64,000 nucleotides of DNA from a virus (lineage: Duplodnaviria; Caudoviricetes). A program made the position numbers and the translations under genes. Below the pieces are notes generated by a model that was given only the letters and a program-made list of their open reading frames with translations, was not told the DNA's origin and ran no database searches. Where the stretch lies: positions 1 to 64,000 of IMG/VR virus record IMGVR_UViG_2974664081_000001; one strand, written 5' to 3'. Numbering within the stretch: position 1 is the first letter of the stretch; the number at the start of each line of letters is the position of its first letter. Shown here in pieces: positions 1 to 8,177 of the stretch.

Positions 1-40
1 TACACCCTCGGCACCACCAGAATCATCAAGTACCCCCCCG

Positions 41-89
41 GTACACTGTTGTACACTGCTTAGCCTACCCCCACTTCATCAGTACACTG
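41..89. repeat. Short direct repeats GTACACTG x3 near the probable genome end
   Basis: GTACACTG at 41-48, 51-58 and 82-89 in non-coding DNA upstream of the first gene. Confidence 0.7.
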
Positions 90-110
90 GTGCTGCGCAC
101 CGCTTGGGCA
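85..110 (+). promoter_or_regulatory. N4-type virion RNAP hairpin early promoter (P1)
   Basis: GGTGC-TGC-GCACC at 89-101. The template strand reads C-GCA-G, a GNA triloop as in N4 promoters. The 26-nt context matches 732-757. Confidence 0.8.
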
Positions 111-142
111 TGTTGCCCTTGAGTATCTAATGGAGTCTAACC

Positions 143-490
143 ATGTCGTCTTCCCGTCTTACCTTTGGTGCCATGCTGTCCACTGTTCAGACCACTGCCA
201 ACACAGTGACTGCAACTCTGGAAGCTGCGAACCAAGCAGTCGGTATGCTCACTGCCTATGTAGGCGAAGCCTCTGCCAACCAGAAGCTGCGTCAGATCGC
301 TGATCGTGAAGTCTTCTTGGAGAATCTCATCACCGAGAAGTCTGAAGAACGTGCTCTGTCCCGACTCAAGGTCGAGAAGTTCATTGCACAGTCTGCCAAA
401 CACCATCAGCACTACGAGGAAGCTTATGAAACTTTCAGCAAGCTGCTCCGTCCTGCTGATCAAACCACGGTCTCTGCACCTCAAGCTTAA
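143..490 (+). CDS. Early protein, N4 gp1-like
   Basis: 115-aa ORF with GGAG RBS directly after hairpin promoter; first-gene position as in N4-like phages. Confidence 0.7.
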   Translation: MSSSRLTFGAMLSTVQTTANTVTATLEAANQAVGMLTAYVGEASANQKLRQIADREVFLENLITEKSEERALSRLKVEKFIAQSAKHHQHYEEAYETFSKLLRPADQTTVSAPQA

Positions 491-552
491 CCTGACCTCA
501 ACCTAAACCATCCCTAAGGGCTATCACTCGGTAGCCCATCTGGAGTCATTGC

Positions 553-729
553 ATGGCCACTATCCTCCTGTTGCTGCTTGTCCTCGTGCTTGGCACCTGC
601 TTCATGCTCAAGTGCTATAGCGACTTCAAGTCCTATCGAGACCCTGCATTTGCAGTCTTCTTCACTGCCACCGGGATCGTAATGGTCATCTTGGTTCTGG
701 CTTTCCTGCACTTCAAACCTTGGCTGTAA
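553..729 (+). CDS. Small two-TM membrane protein (58 aa, below ORF-track cutoff)
   Basis: GGAG at 542; translates MATILLLLLVLVLGTCFMLKC...AFAVFFTATGIVMVILVLAFLHFKPWL; fills the gap between gp1-like gene and P2. Confidence 0.7.
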   Translation: MATILLLLLVLVLGTCFMLKCYSDFKSYRDPAFAVFFTATGIVMVILVLAFLHFKPWL

Positions 730-731
730 GT

Positions 732-757
732 CACTGACGCTGCGCGTCTCTTGGGCA
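732..757 (+). promoter_or_regulatory. N4-type virion RNAP hairpin early promoter (P2)
   Basis: GACGC-TGC-GCGTC at 736-748; CACTGnnGCTGCGCnnCnCTTGGGCA shared with 85-110, with compensatory stem changes. Confidence 0.8.
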
Positions 758-791
758 ATCAAGCCCTCAATCAATCTAGGAGTTCCACATC

Positions 792-1205
792 ATGGGCAAA
801 ATCAACTTCAACCAAACCTTCGGCAACAACGCTGCTCAGGCTCAAACCCCTGCTGCTCAACGTCCCAAGGCTGAATACTGGCTCAACGTCGGTTATGACT
901 CCGGCGTCAAAGACGAGGAAACCGGCGAATCCCGTTTCGTCTCCCTCGCTGCTGGTATCCCACTCGACTCCATCGAGAAGCTGAAAACCAACTCCAGCAA
1001 CCGCACCTTCGCCCAGTTCCAAGCTGCGCGTAACGACCTGCATGACCAGATCATGGCCATCGCTCAAAGTCTGGAACCCGGCCAATCGGTGATCATCGAC
1101 ACCGAAACCACCCTGCAAATCCAGATCCGTCGCGTCCGTGAAGAGGTCGAAGACCTCGACAACGCCGACAACCAGTTCGCTCGCCAACTGGTGCTGGCCC
1201 GTTAA
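792..1205 (+). CDS. N4 gp2-like ssDNA-binding activator of RNAP II (Drc-like)
   Basis: Motifs RPKAEYWLNVGY, FVSL..GIPLD, QAARNDL, LQIQIRRV resemble N4 gp2; AGGAG RBS. Confidence 0.85.
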   Translation: MGKINFNQTFGNNAAQAQTPAAQRPKAEYWLNVGYDSGVKDEETGESRFVSLAAGIPLDSIEKLKTNSSNRTFAQFQAARNDLHDQIMAIAQSLEPGQSVIIDTETTLQIQIRRVREEVEDLDNADNQFARQLVLAR

Positions 1206-1221
1206 CAGCCAGTAGCCCAAT

Positions 1222-1242
1222 GCCACCTCCTATGGGGGTGGC
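1222..1242 (+). terminator. Stem-loop after gp2-like gene (possible early terminator)
   Basis: GCCACCTCC-TAT-GGGGGTGGC; no strong U tract. Confidence 0.5.
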
Positions 1243-1281
1243 TAGGGCCTTGGCTTAGATAGTTCATAAGAGACAGAACCA

Positions 1282-1479
1282 ATGGAAATCAAAGTGCGTA
1301 GCATCAAATTCTCCCTTCGCTTTCGTGATGGTTCACATCAGGATGTAGTGAAGGAAGTCATCGGTGACGATGAGATGGTCAAGTGGGTGGCTGACCAGTT
1401 TGCCGAGGTAAACGAGTGTGCTGTCATCGCCACAGAAGGCGAGAACCAAGTGGCCATTGCAGGCAACATTCAAGACTGA
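1282..1479 (+). CDS. Hypothetical protein
   Basis: 65-aa ORF, collinear with early genes. Confidence 0.6.
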   Translation: MEIKVRSIKFSLRFRDGSHQDVVKEVIGDDEMVKWVADQFAEVNECAVIATEGENQVAIAGNIQD

Positions 1480-1578
1480 CTCACCTAAATGTCAAAGTTA
1501 ACTTTTTGACCATTTTCGGCTAGATCCAGCCTAAATAGTAAAGAGCCCATTTTCGACCTAAATAGGAGAAAGAAATCC

Positions 1579-1776
1579 ATGATCACTGCCAACGAAAGCA
1601 ATGCTCGTCAGTACGTTAAGCTGGTGAAAATCTGCCAGCTGGTCGATGGGGAAGTGAAGCTGTTCAAGGATGGGACAACCCAACAGTGGTATGTCACTGC
1701 CCGTGGAAGAACCTACTGTGGTTCGACCATTGATGCTGCGCTGAACCAAGCAGCTATCGAGATCCTGGGAGAATGA
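1579..1776 (+). CDS. Hypothetical protein
   Basis: 65-aa ORF, AGGAG RBS. Confidence 0.65.
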   Translation: MITANESNARQYVKLVKICQLVDGEVKLFKDGTTQQWYVTARGRTYCGSTIDAALNQAAIEILGE

Positions 1777-1928
1777 AAATCCACCTCACAGGTGAGAGGC
1801 GTGTCTATGTAGGCAGCCTCTGCAAATTCCCCAATGTACCCAGTAGCCGTAGGACTGATGATCCTGAAAAGGTCACCTGTCTGCGCTGTCTGGCAATCAT
1901 CACTGAACCAAAAGGGAAATTCAAATGA
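1773..1928 (+). CDS. Small hypothetical protein with CxxC (51 aa, below ORF-track cutoff)
   Basis: ATGA overlaps with both neighbours; MKIHLTGERR...VTCLRCLAIITEPKGKFK. Confidence 0.6.
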   Translation: MKIHLTGERRVYVGSLCKFPNVPSSRRTDDPEKVTCLRCLAIITEPKGKFK

Positions 1929-2161
1929 TCGAATCTCATGACATGGATGTGCATGCCCTATGCACAGCCTTCGTAAACCAAGGGAACAAAGATTATCACT
2001 GTGAAGTGACCTCCGTTTTCCTAAATGGTCACGACATCAACATCGTCTACAAATTCCCCTGCACCATGGGATGGAAATGTAGTGAGTGGCCGACCAACAT
2101 GCTTGAGCTGATGGCTTGGGCTTGGAACAACCCAAAGGCCCTATGCCGTAATGGTGATTGA
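1925..2161 (+). CDS. Hypothetical protein
   Basis: 78-aa ORF coupled to upstream ORF. Confidence 0.6.
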   Translation: MIESHDMDVHALCTAFVNQGNKDYHCEVTSVFLNGHDINIVYKFPCTMGWKCSEWPTNMLELMAWAWNNPKALCRNGD

Positions 2162-2179
2162 AATCGCTTTCGCACTTGT

Positions 2180-2386
2180 ATGGACATTCAAATGAACAAG
2201 TACAAACTGGAATTCACCGAGGTGGACAAAGAACACATGTTCCATGGAAAGGTGTTCGAAATCGAGGCTGAATCTGATGAGGATGCCTTGGGGTTAGCCC
2301 ACTCGGTACTGATCGAACGAGATCAAATGGGAATGGTGATCGTCGAAGGCACCATCATTCTCTCCAAAGAAAGAACCTTGAACTAA
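2180..2386 (+). CDS. Hypothetical protein
   Basis: 68-aa ORF in early cluster. Confidence 0.6.
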   Translation: MDIQMNKYKLEFTEVDKEHMFHGKVFEIEAESDEDALGLAHSVLIERDQMGMVIVEGTIILSKERTLN

Positions 2387-2400
2387 ATAGGAGCAACACC

Positions 2401-2712
2401 ATGGCTTTGAAGAAATGCGCCCGCTATCTCACTCAACAAGAAATGGCTGGGCAGTTGCGTCTTCCCGAGGAAGCAAAAAAGCCCAGTCCTGAAAACATCA
2501 AAAATCTGCTGCGAGGTGACTACCTCAAAGTAGGTGTGATCACCCATGGAACCAAGGAAATCTTCTGGGCCAAGTTCGTCATGACTGAAGGTGACAATCT
2601 GGTAGGAAGGATCAGTAATGATCTGCACTACTCCGCATTGCATGGTCTGTTCGATGAAGAACTGATCACCTTCCCCAAAGACCGCCTGTTGGCAATCATG
2701 GACAACCACTAA
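2401..2712 (+). CDS. Hypothetical protein
   Basis: 103-aa ORF, AGGAG RBS. Confidence 0.7.
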   Translation: MALKKCARYLTQQEMAGQLRLPEEAKKPSPENIKNLLRGDYLKVGVITHGTKEIFWAKFVMTEGDNLVGRISNDLHYSALHGLFDEELITFPKDRLLAIMDNH

Positions 2713-3041
2713 TGAAACCTCTCTATGCGATTCGCCAGATCAGCACAGGATTCTTCCTGCCCAACCCCAAGGGCAGGAATGGTAGTGGGGGCAGTTTTAC
2801 TGAACCCACGGATCCTAATGTAGAGCCTCCTCGGCTGTTCAAGAACAAAAAGGCTGCTGCCACTTGTCTGACCCAATGGGCCAAAGGTGAACACCATGCA
2901 CAATGGGACTATGCCGATACCGATGGCTTCGGTGGTGGAGGTGAACGCTATGTGGACAACATCACCATCAAGCCTGTGGCTAAGCGCAACATCCATGACA
3001 TGGAAGTTGTAGAGGTTGAACTGGTTGTATTCAACAATTAA
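2712..3041 (+). CDS. Hypothetical protein
   Basis: 109-aa ORF, TAATG coupling. Confidence 0.7.
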   Translation: MKPLYAIRQISTGFFLPNPKGRNGSGGSFTEPTDPNVEPPRLFKNKKAAATCLTQWAKGEHHAQWDYADTDGFGGGGERYVDNITIKPVAKRNIHDMEVVEVELVVFNN

Positions 3042-3052
3042 GGAGCGAACCA

Positions 3053-3331
3053 ATGGCACTACAGATGATGATGTTCCATCAAGGTGAGCAGCATGTAATC
3101 GATGTGAAGAACATCGAAGAGACTGAAGAAATCTTCTTCATGTCCAAGAACATCACCCTGTCCATGGAAGAACTCCGTACCGGACAGAAAGTGATCTATG
3201 GCGACTGGGGTCAGCGTCTGGAAGATGGCACTCCAGTGGAAGCCATGGTCATCGTGGGTCCTGATGTGACCTGCGAAAAAGCAATGAGACTTCTCCGTGA
3301 GGAGATCGAACGCCGACTGGTGGAACGATGA
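3053..3331 (+). CDS. Hypothetical protein
   Basis: 92-aa ORF, AAGGAG RBS. Confidence 0.7.
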   Translation: MALQMMMFHQGEQHVIDVKNIEETEEIFFMSKNITLSMEELRTGQKVIYGDWGQRLEDGTPVEAMVIVGPDVTCEKAMRLLREEIERRLVER

Positions 3332-3546
3332 AAACCCGACTGACTTCCGGCAATGCACCGCTGCATGTGCGACGTAAGCATTTGACCAATATCCTCCGGG
3401 ATGCGGTACATGCGTGCAAAACCACCATGAACAACTATCCAGATGAATTCGAGTTGCCAGCAGATCATGACATCCATGAACTTCTGCGCATTACCGAAAC
3501 CATCTGTGATGAGATGGAGACACCAAATGGATCAGGATCCAGCTGA
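3328..3546 (+). CDS. Hypothetical protein
   Basis: 72-aa ORF, ATGA overlap. Confidence 0.6.
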   Translation: MKTRLTSGNAPLHVRRKHLTNILRDAVHACKTTMNNYPDEFELPADHDIHELLRITETICDEMETPNGSGSS

Positions 3547-3709
3547 TGTACTGCTCAAAGTAGCCCGAGTGTCTTCATGGGAAAAAGCCAAGGCTTACCT
3601 CATCACTCTCGCTGCAACTGTTCCTCAAGGTTCTGTGCAATACCAACAACTAACTGATGCAATTGATCAGTTTGTAACCCACATTGAAGACAATAGTCTT
3701 CAGCAATAA
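3527..3709 (+). CDS. Hypothetical protein
   Basis: ATG at 3527 with GGAG RBS inside track ORF 3443..3709. Confidence 0.55.
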   Translation: MDQDPADVLLKVARVSSWEKAKAYLITLAATVPQGSVQYQQLTDAIDQFVTHIEDNSLQQ

Positions 3710-3724
3710 GCGAGCAACTCTCTG

Positions 3725-3955
3725 ATGAATAACCAAGAAGCCAAGGATTATCTCGGCAAGGCACTTGCCAAGAAAATGATCCGTTTAAGCGGGACTCAGA
3801 AAGAGATCGGTGACATGCTGTTTGTATCAGCTAGCACCGTCGGCAACATCATTAATGGGCACTATGAAAGATTGTCCATTCGTATGTACATGAAGTTAGC
3901 CAAAGAACTCCAAGTGAAGATCGAGATCTCGGTCAAGGATGATATCGATGGCTAG
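3725..3955 (+). CDS. XRE-family helix-turn-helix protein
   Basis: GTQKEIGDMLFVSASTVGNIING..LSIRMYMKLAKEL, typical HTH_3 pattern. Confidence 0.75.
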   Translation: MNNQEAKDYLGKALAKKMIRLSGTQKEIGDMLFVSASTVGNIINGHYERLSIRMYMKLAKELQVKIEISVKDDIDG

Positions 3956-4895
3956 CTGGAAGCGGCAACAAGAGCTGAAACGTCAGCAACTACTGAGTGC
4001 TTCTGGCCGTTGGACTGTGGTCAACAGGCACCACAAAAAGACCGGTGAGTATATCGGTCGTGGTACTCCGTTGGGGAACCAATGGAGCCATCTGGATAGC
4101 ACACCTCCTGAGTTCAAAGTCAGGACTCGATATGACGCTATCGAGAAATACAAGGGCTGGCTTAAAAGTCAGATCCGCAACCGTAATCCCGCAGTCTGTG
4201 GAGAACTTCACAGGCTGTATCAACTGGGCCAGCAAGGCCCAATCAACCTTCAGTGCTCGTGCAAACCAGCTGCCTGTCATGGCGATGTGATTGTCGAGGT
4301 ACTGAACCAAATGAGGCCACCCAAGATGCTCTATTACGCAGGGATTGGCAGCCGTCAGACACCAGATGATGTACTCCAGCAGATGGAACATATCGGTGCC
4401 CAACTGGCTGATGTATGGACCGTAAGGTCAGGATTTGCAGACGGGGCCGACAAGGCCTTCTGTCTGGGCGCTGAAAGTGCCAATGGCCGGATGGAAAACT
4501 TCCTGCCTTGGCTGCGCTTCAACGATGCACCGCTGAACCAAGAGGATTCACGGTTCATTGCCTGGGAGGACATTCCTAGAGAAGTGGCATTGGAGGCGAG
4601 AGTCATAGCGGCTCAGTTCCATCCCAACTGGGGAGCTTGTAGCAATGCTGCCAAGGCTCTGCATACCCGCAACGTGTTTCAGGTGCTGGGCCGTGACCTC
4701 ACTACTCATTCACACATGGTTGTCTGCTGGACGCCAAGAGGCTCTGGCTCGGGCGGTACTGGTCAGGCAATTCGCATTGCTCGTGGCTTTGGCATTCCCG
4801 TATTTGACCTAGCCATCGAGGAACACAAGGTGAAGCTCTGCCAGTTCGTGGAGCTTCAGGAACGGCAAAATTTCGAGGATTCCCTGCCATGGTAA
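3948..4895 (+). CDS. DUF4326-like domain fused to SLOG (DprA/YspA-like) domain
   Basis: N-half YIGRGTPLGN...LQCSCKPAACHGDVI; C-half YAGIGSRQTP...VRSGFADGADKAF...GSGGTGQAIRIA. Confidence 0.7.
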   Translation: MASWKRQQELKRQQLLSASGRWTVVNRHHKKTGEYIGRGTPLGNQWSHLDSTPPEFKVRTRYDAIEKYKGWLKSQIRNRNPAVCGELHRLYQLGQQGPINLQCSCKPAACHGDVIVEVLNQMRPPKMLYYAGIGSRQTPDDVLQQMEHIGAQLADVWTVRSGFADGADKAFCLGAESANGRMENFLPWLRFNDAPLNQEDSRFIAWEDIPREVALEARVIAAQFHPNWGACSNAAKALHTRNVFQVLGRDLTTHSHMVVCWTPRGSGSGGTGQAIRIARGFGIPVFDLAIEEHKVKLCQFVELQERQNFEDSLPW

Positions 4896-5125
4896 AGCTG
4901 ATTCTTAGAGCTATGTTTTATATAATGCTCACCTTCTTGATCCTGATCGGGATCGGCATGCTCTACCTCTACTGGGACATGCTGGATCACCTCGACAAGG
5001 CCTTCATCCTCTCTATCTCAAGCATCCTGATCGGCTTCTATGCCGTGATCTGGGTGTTTCACCAAAGGACAAAACGTCATGGCAATCATCTGCCGCACCA
5101 CCAAGCAGGACATCAACACCTGTAA
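4889..5125 (+). CDS. Two-TM membrane protein
   Basis: 78 aa with two long hydrophobic stretches and a His-rich tail. Confidence 0.6.
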   Translation: MVKLILRAMFYIMLTFLILIGIGMLYLYWDMLDHLDKAFILSISSILIGFYAVIWVFHQRTKRHGNHLPHHQAGHQHL

Positions 5126-5160
5126 ATGCTCCCGCTGTCATCCACACCAAGAGGCCCGCT

Positions 5161-5436
5161 ATGGCCATGTACAGCGTCAAGTGGCATCCCGACAAGCGGG
5201 ATCCAAGAAGCTCGTATTGGTACGAGTGTGAGGGTGTCATCACCTACGCCAGTGGCTTGCTGAAGCAGTGGGAAGGCGGGAGCCATAAGGCTCTCGTCCA
5301 TTTCCTGCACAAGAAAGGCAAGGAAATCTACTGGCTCAGTCGGCACTGCGTACCACCCACAATCAAATACCACGAGGAGCTGCTGGCCTGTACGGAAGCG
5401 CTCCTTGATCTTTTGAACCAAAGGAGTCAGCCATGA
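5161..5436 (+). CDS. Hypothetical protein
   Basis: 91-aa ORF, GAGG RBS. Confidence 0.6.
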   Translation: MAMYSVKWHPDKRDPRSSYWYECEGVITYASGLLKQWEGGSHKALVHFLHKKGKEIYWLSRHCVPPTIKYHEELLACTEALLDLLNQRSQP

Positions 5437-5699
5437 GCATCATCATCCATTTCCCCGAGAACCTTGATGGTTCGGAGTTTGTGCTCCCACCAGAAGACAT
5501 CGAGCATTTCAAGACCACTGTCATGCGAGCCACTGTGTGGAACATCAAGGAACGCACTGTGATCGTGCATATAAAGCATCGTCAGCCTAATGGCTGGCTG
5601 GAGCATTACATCGATGTCATCAACCCTGATGGTTCACGGGTTATCTTCATTGGTGCGATTCAACGCACCATCAATGGGACTTCCGAGTTCCACAGCTAA
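5433..5699 (+). CDS. Hypothetical protein
   Basis: 88-aa ORF, AAGGAG RBS, ATGA overlap. Confidence 0.7.
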   Translation: MSIIIHFPENLDGSEFVLPPEDIEHFKTTVMRATVWNIKERTVIVHIKHRQPNGWLEHYIDVINPDGSRVIFIGAIQRTINGTSEFHS

Positions 5700-5914
5700 T
5701 GAGCCGGTGGACTACCGGGCAGGCACATATCCAGGCCAAGCATAAAAGCTATGAAATCTGGGTAGGTGCTATGCACTACCGCAAAGACAACGGGACCATG
5801 CACTACAACAAGATTGAAATGTATGGCCACTCTCAAGAGGAAGTTGAGCGACTCCAGAATGAGTTGCTTGGCTTTCTTCAATCTCAGGAAATGTGTGGGA
5901 TAACCCACGGGTGA
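5699..5914 (+). CDS. Hypothetical protein
   Basis: 71-aa ORF, TAATG coupling. Confidence 0.6.
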   Translation: MSRWTTGQAHIQAKHKSYEIWVGAMHYRKDNGTMHYNKIEMYGHSQEEVERLQNELLGFLQSQEMCGITHG

Positions 5915-5920
5915 CTAATC

Positions 5921-6190
5921 ATGTTTGTAAGCAGCAAGAAGCATAATGCGCTGTTAGCTGATTACGAGGCTCTGAAGTATGAACATAAGAGACTCGTTAA
6001 AAATTGGAACGAGATCGTAGCGGTAATCAACGCAAAAGGCGGTCAAGCCTTTCTCGATGGTGAAGTTACTAACTCAGAATTCAGTCAGGAAGAAATCAAA
6101 ACCCTGATTCAACTCTGCCACCCGGACAAGCATGCAGGCAAAGAGTCTGCTGTGCGCCTCACCCAAAAACTCCTCACTCTCAGGAAATGA
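5921..6190 (+). CDS. Small protein with C-terminal partial J-domain (HPD motif)
   Basis: EEIKTLIQLCHPDKHAGKESAVRLTQKL resembles DnaJ helix II-HPD-helix III. Confidence 0.6.
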   Translation: MFVSSKKHNALLADYEALKYEHKRLVKNWNEIVAVINAKGGQAFLDGEVTNSEFSQEEIKTLIQLCHPDKHAGKESAVRLTQKLLTLRK

Positions 6191-6194
6191 ACCA

Positions 6195-6578
6195 ATGAGC
6201 AAAATGATCTTTGTATTCGGCTCTAATGAAGCCGGTATCCATGGTGCCGGTGCTGCCAAGTTCGCCTACAAGAGCAAGGGTGCTCGCTACGGCAAAGGCT
6301 ACGGCCACTTCGGTGAGAGCTTCGCTATCCCGACCAAGGATGAGGATATCAAGTCGCTTCCTTTGGCTCAGATCCACGACTATGTGCGTGGCTTCATTGC
6401 CTATGCCAAGGGCCACCGTAAGCAGCAGTTCCAAGTCACCCGCATCGGCTGCGGCCTGGCTGGCTACAAGGATCAGGACATCGCTCCGATGTTCCTTGAA
6501 GCCCCGGCGAACTGCCTCTTCGATGAGGCATGGCGTCCACTGCTGGGCGATGGCAAGAACTACTGGGGCACGATGTAA
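6195..6578 (+). CDS. Macrodomain-like protein (N4 gp14-like position)
   Basis: IFVFGSNEAGIHGAGAA ... FAIPTK ... FQVTRIGCGLAG; immediately before RNAP1. Confidence 0.7.
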   Translation: MSKMIFVFGSNEAGIHGAGAAKFAYKSKGARYGKGYGHFGESFAIPTKDEDIKSLPLAQIHDYVRGFIAYAKGHRKQQFQVTRIGCGLAGYKDQDIAPMFLEAPANCLFDEAWRPLLGDGKNYWGTM

Positions 6579-6610
6579 CTAGTAAAACTGAGAACTGGAA
6601 GGAGCAGGCA

Positions 6611-7435
6611 ATGAGCCAAGATGCAATCGATCTCAATGAGTACCAGATTGAGCTGGAAAAGATTTACAACAAGAACCAACTGATGAAACGGATTCGTGAA
6701 GAGTTCGAGAACTGTGAAGACTTCGACTTCAAAAAATACATGGTGGCTCAAAAGATCGATCCCAAGTTTGGTATTGATCTACTGGCTCAAATGGCTCTGC
6801 ATAAGCGCTGTGATCTCCCGACTTTGGTCGGCGTGCTGCAACGTCACTTCGTGACTGCACAAGACTGCGCAGACGCTCTGGATAGAGCCTGCGAGGCTGA
6901 TCTGGTGGACTGGGAGATGACATCCAAGATGTTCATCGTGAAATTCACCATTGGACAGGAAGTTCAAGAAGAACTGGACCGCTTCCAGTTCCCACTGCCA
7001 TTGGTAGTACCGCCTAAGAAGGTCGAGTGCAACCTCGACACCGGCATGTACACCTCTGGTGGCTCGATCATCCTGAAGAAAAATCACCACGACGATGATG
7101 TGTGTCTGGACCACATCAACCGTGTGAACCAAATTGCCTTCAAGATCGACTGGCGAGTAGCGACCATGGTCAAGAACCAATGGCGCAACCTTGATAAGCC
7201 CAAGGCTGGGGAAACCAAGGAAGACTTCTTCAAGCGCAAGAAAGCGTTCGAGAAGTACGATCGTACAGCCCATGACGTGATGCACATCATCACCCAGCAC
7301 ACGGACCGATTCCACCTGACCCACCGTTACTGCAAGCGTGGTCGGACCTACTGTCAGGGTTACCACGTCAACTATCAGGGCACGGCTTGGAACAAGGCTG
7401 TGATCAACTTCGCCAACGAGGAGATGGTCGAATGA
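6611..7435 (+). CDS. RNA polymerase II subunit 1 (N4 gp15-like)
   Basis: QFPLPLVVPP, HRYCKRGRTYCQGYHVNYQG (T7-like DxRGR motif, here CKRGR); AAGGAG RBS. Confidence 0.9.
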   Translation: MSQDAIDLNEYQIELEKIYNKNQLMKRIREEFENCEDFDFKKYMVAQKIDPKFGIDLLAQMALHKRCDLPTLVGVLQRHFVTAQDCADALDRACEADLVDWEMTSKMFIVKFTIGQEVQEELDRFQFPLPLVVPPKKVECNLDTGMYTSGGSIILKKNHHDDDVCLDHINRVNQIAFKIDWRVATMVKNQWRNLDKPKAGETKEDFFKRKKAFEKYDRTAHDVMHIITQHTDRFHLTHRYCKRGRTYCQGYHVNYQGTAWNKAVINFANEEMVE

Positions 7436-7986
7436 TTTATGTCAACCAACCGATCAGCTACACCATGCTGGGCGTTCAACTGCATGACGATGACTGGTTT
7501 GAATTCGAGTGGGTGACACGGGGGCCGAACTTCAAGCCCGATGACAGCAACTTAGTCCATACCAGAAAATCAAACTGGCCTACTGGTGTTATACCTGTGG
7601 CTGTAAGGGCCAGTACCATCATCCAACGTAAGGGGGGTCAGCAGCTTTCTGTGAGTGCTGTAGGGCTGGGCCTGACCAAGACCAAGGCTCACTGCGATGC
7701 CCAGCAGCGCCTGCGACACAAGCTCACCAAGCTGGCCAAAATGAACAAAGCCATTGTCTCCTACGGACCAACGGAAGTGATCATCTGCCGTAAGGACAAC
7801 AGCACCAATGTCTTTGGTCGAGGTAAAACCTTTGCCTTGGCTGTACACAACCTGCAATGGAACCTGGCCGAGCTAGAGCGCTTGTCCAATGCACTTCCAC
7901 CACCTACCAACCAAGAACATGTTCTGGTTATGGAACCAACGGAGAAAACATCATGGCTCAAGAAACTGATCAGCATCTTCCGGTAA
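7432..7986 (+). CDS. Hypothetical protein inserted between RNAP II subunits
   Basis: ATGA overlap with RNAP1 stop, GAGG RBS. Confidence 0.7.
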   Translation: MIYVNQPISYTMLGVQLHDDDWFEFEWVTRGPNFKPDDSNLVHTRKSNWPTGVIPVAVRASTIIQRKGGQQLSVSAVGLGLTKTKAHCDAQQRLRHKLTKLAKMNKAIVSYGPTEVIICRKDNSTNVFGRGKTFALAVHNLQWNLAELERLSNALPPPTNQEHVLVMEPTEKTSWLKKLISIFR

Positions 7987-8153
7987 CCATGCAAGAACTG
8001 TACGAGTACATGAAAGATGTACTGGATCACTTCGGGCTGCGCTTCCATGAAATGGACAAAGTGCGTGTAGGTATCCACGTCAGTCAGACCACTGCTCAGC
8101 TGATCTTCAGCTACGGCAACAAATCGCACCACATCGACATCATCGCCAAATAA
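7953..8153 (+). CDS. Hypothetical protein
   Basis: ATG 7953 with GGAG RBS inside track ORF 7857..8153. Confidence 0.6.
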   Translation: MAQETDQHLPVTMQELYEYMKDVLDHFGLRFHEMDKVRVGIHVSQTTAQLIFSYGNKSHHIDIIAK

Positions 8154-8177
8154 CCCACCAACAAGAGTAAGAAGCTC

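Noticed and set aside
5079-5231. 50-aa ORF with CxCxxC and an AAGGA RBS
   Set aside because: Overlaps both neighbouring ORFs substantially; cannot be supported without homology or Ribo-seq
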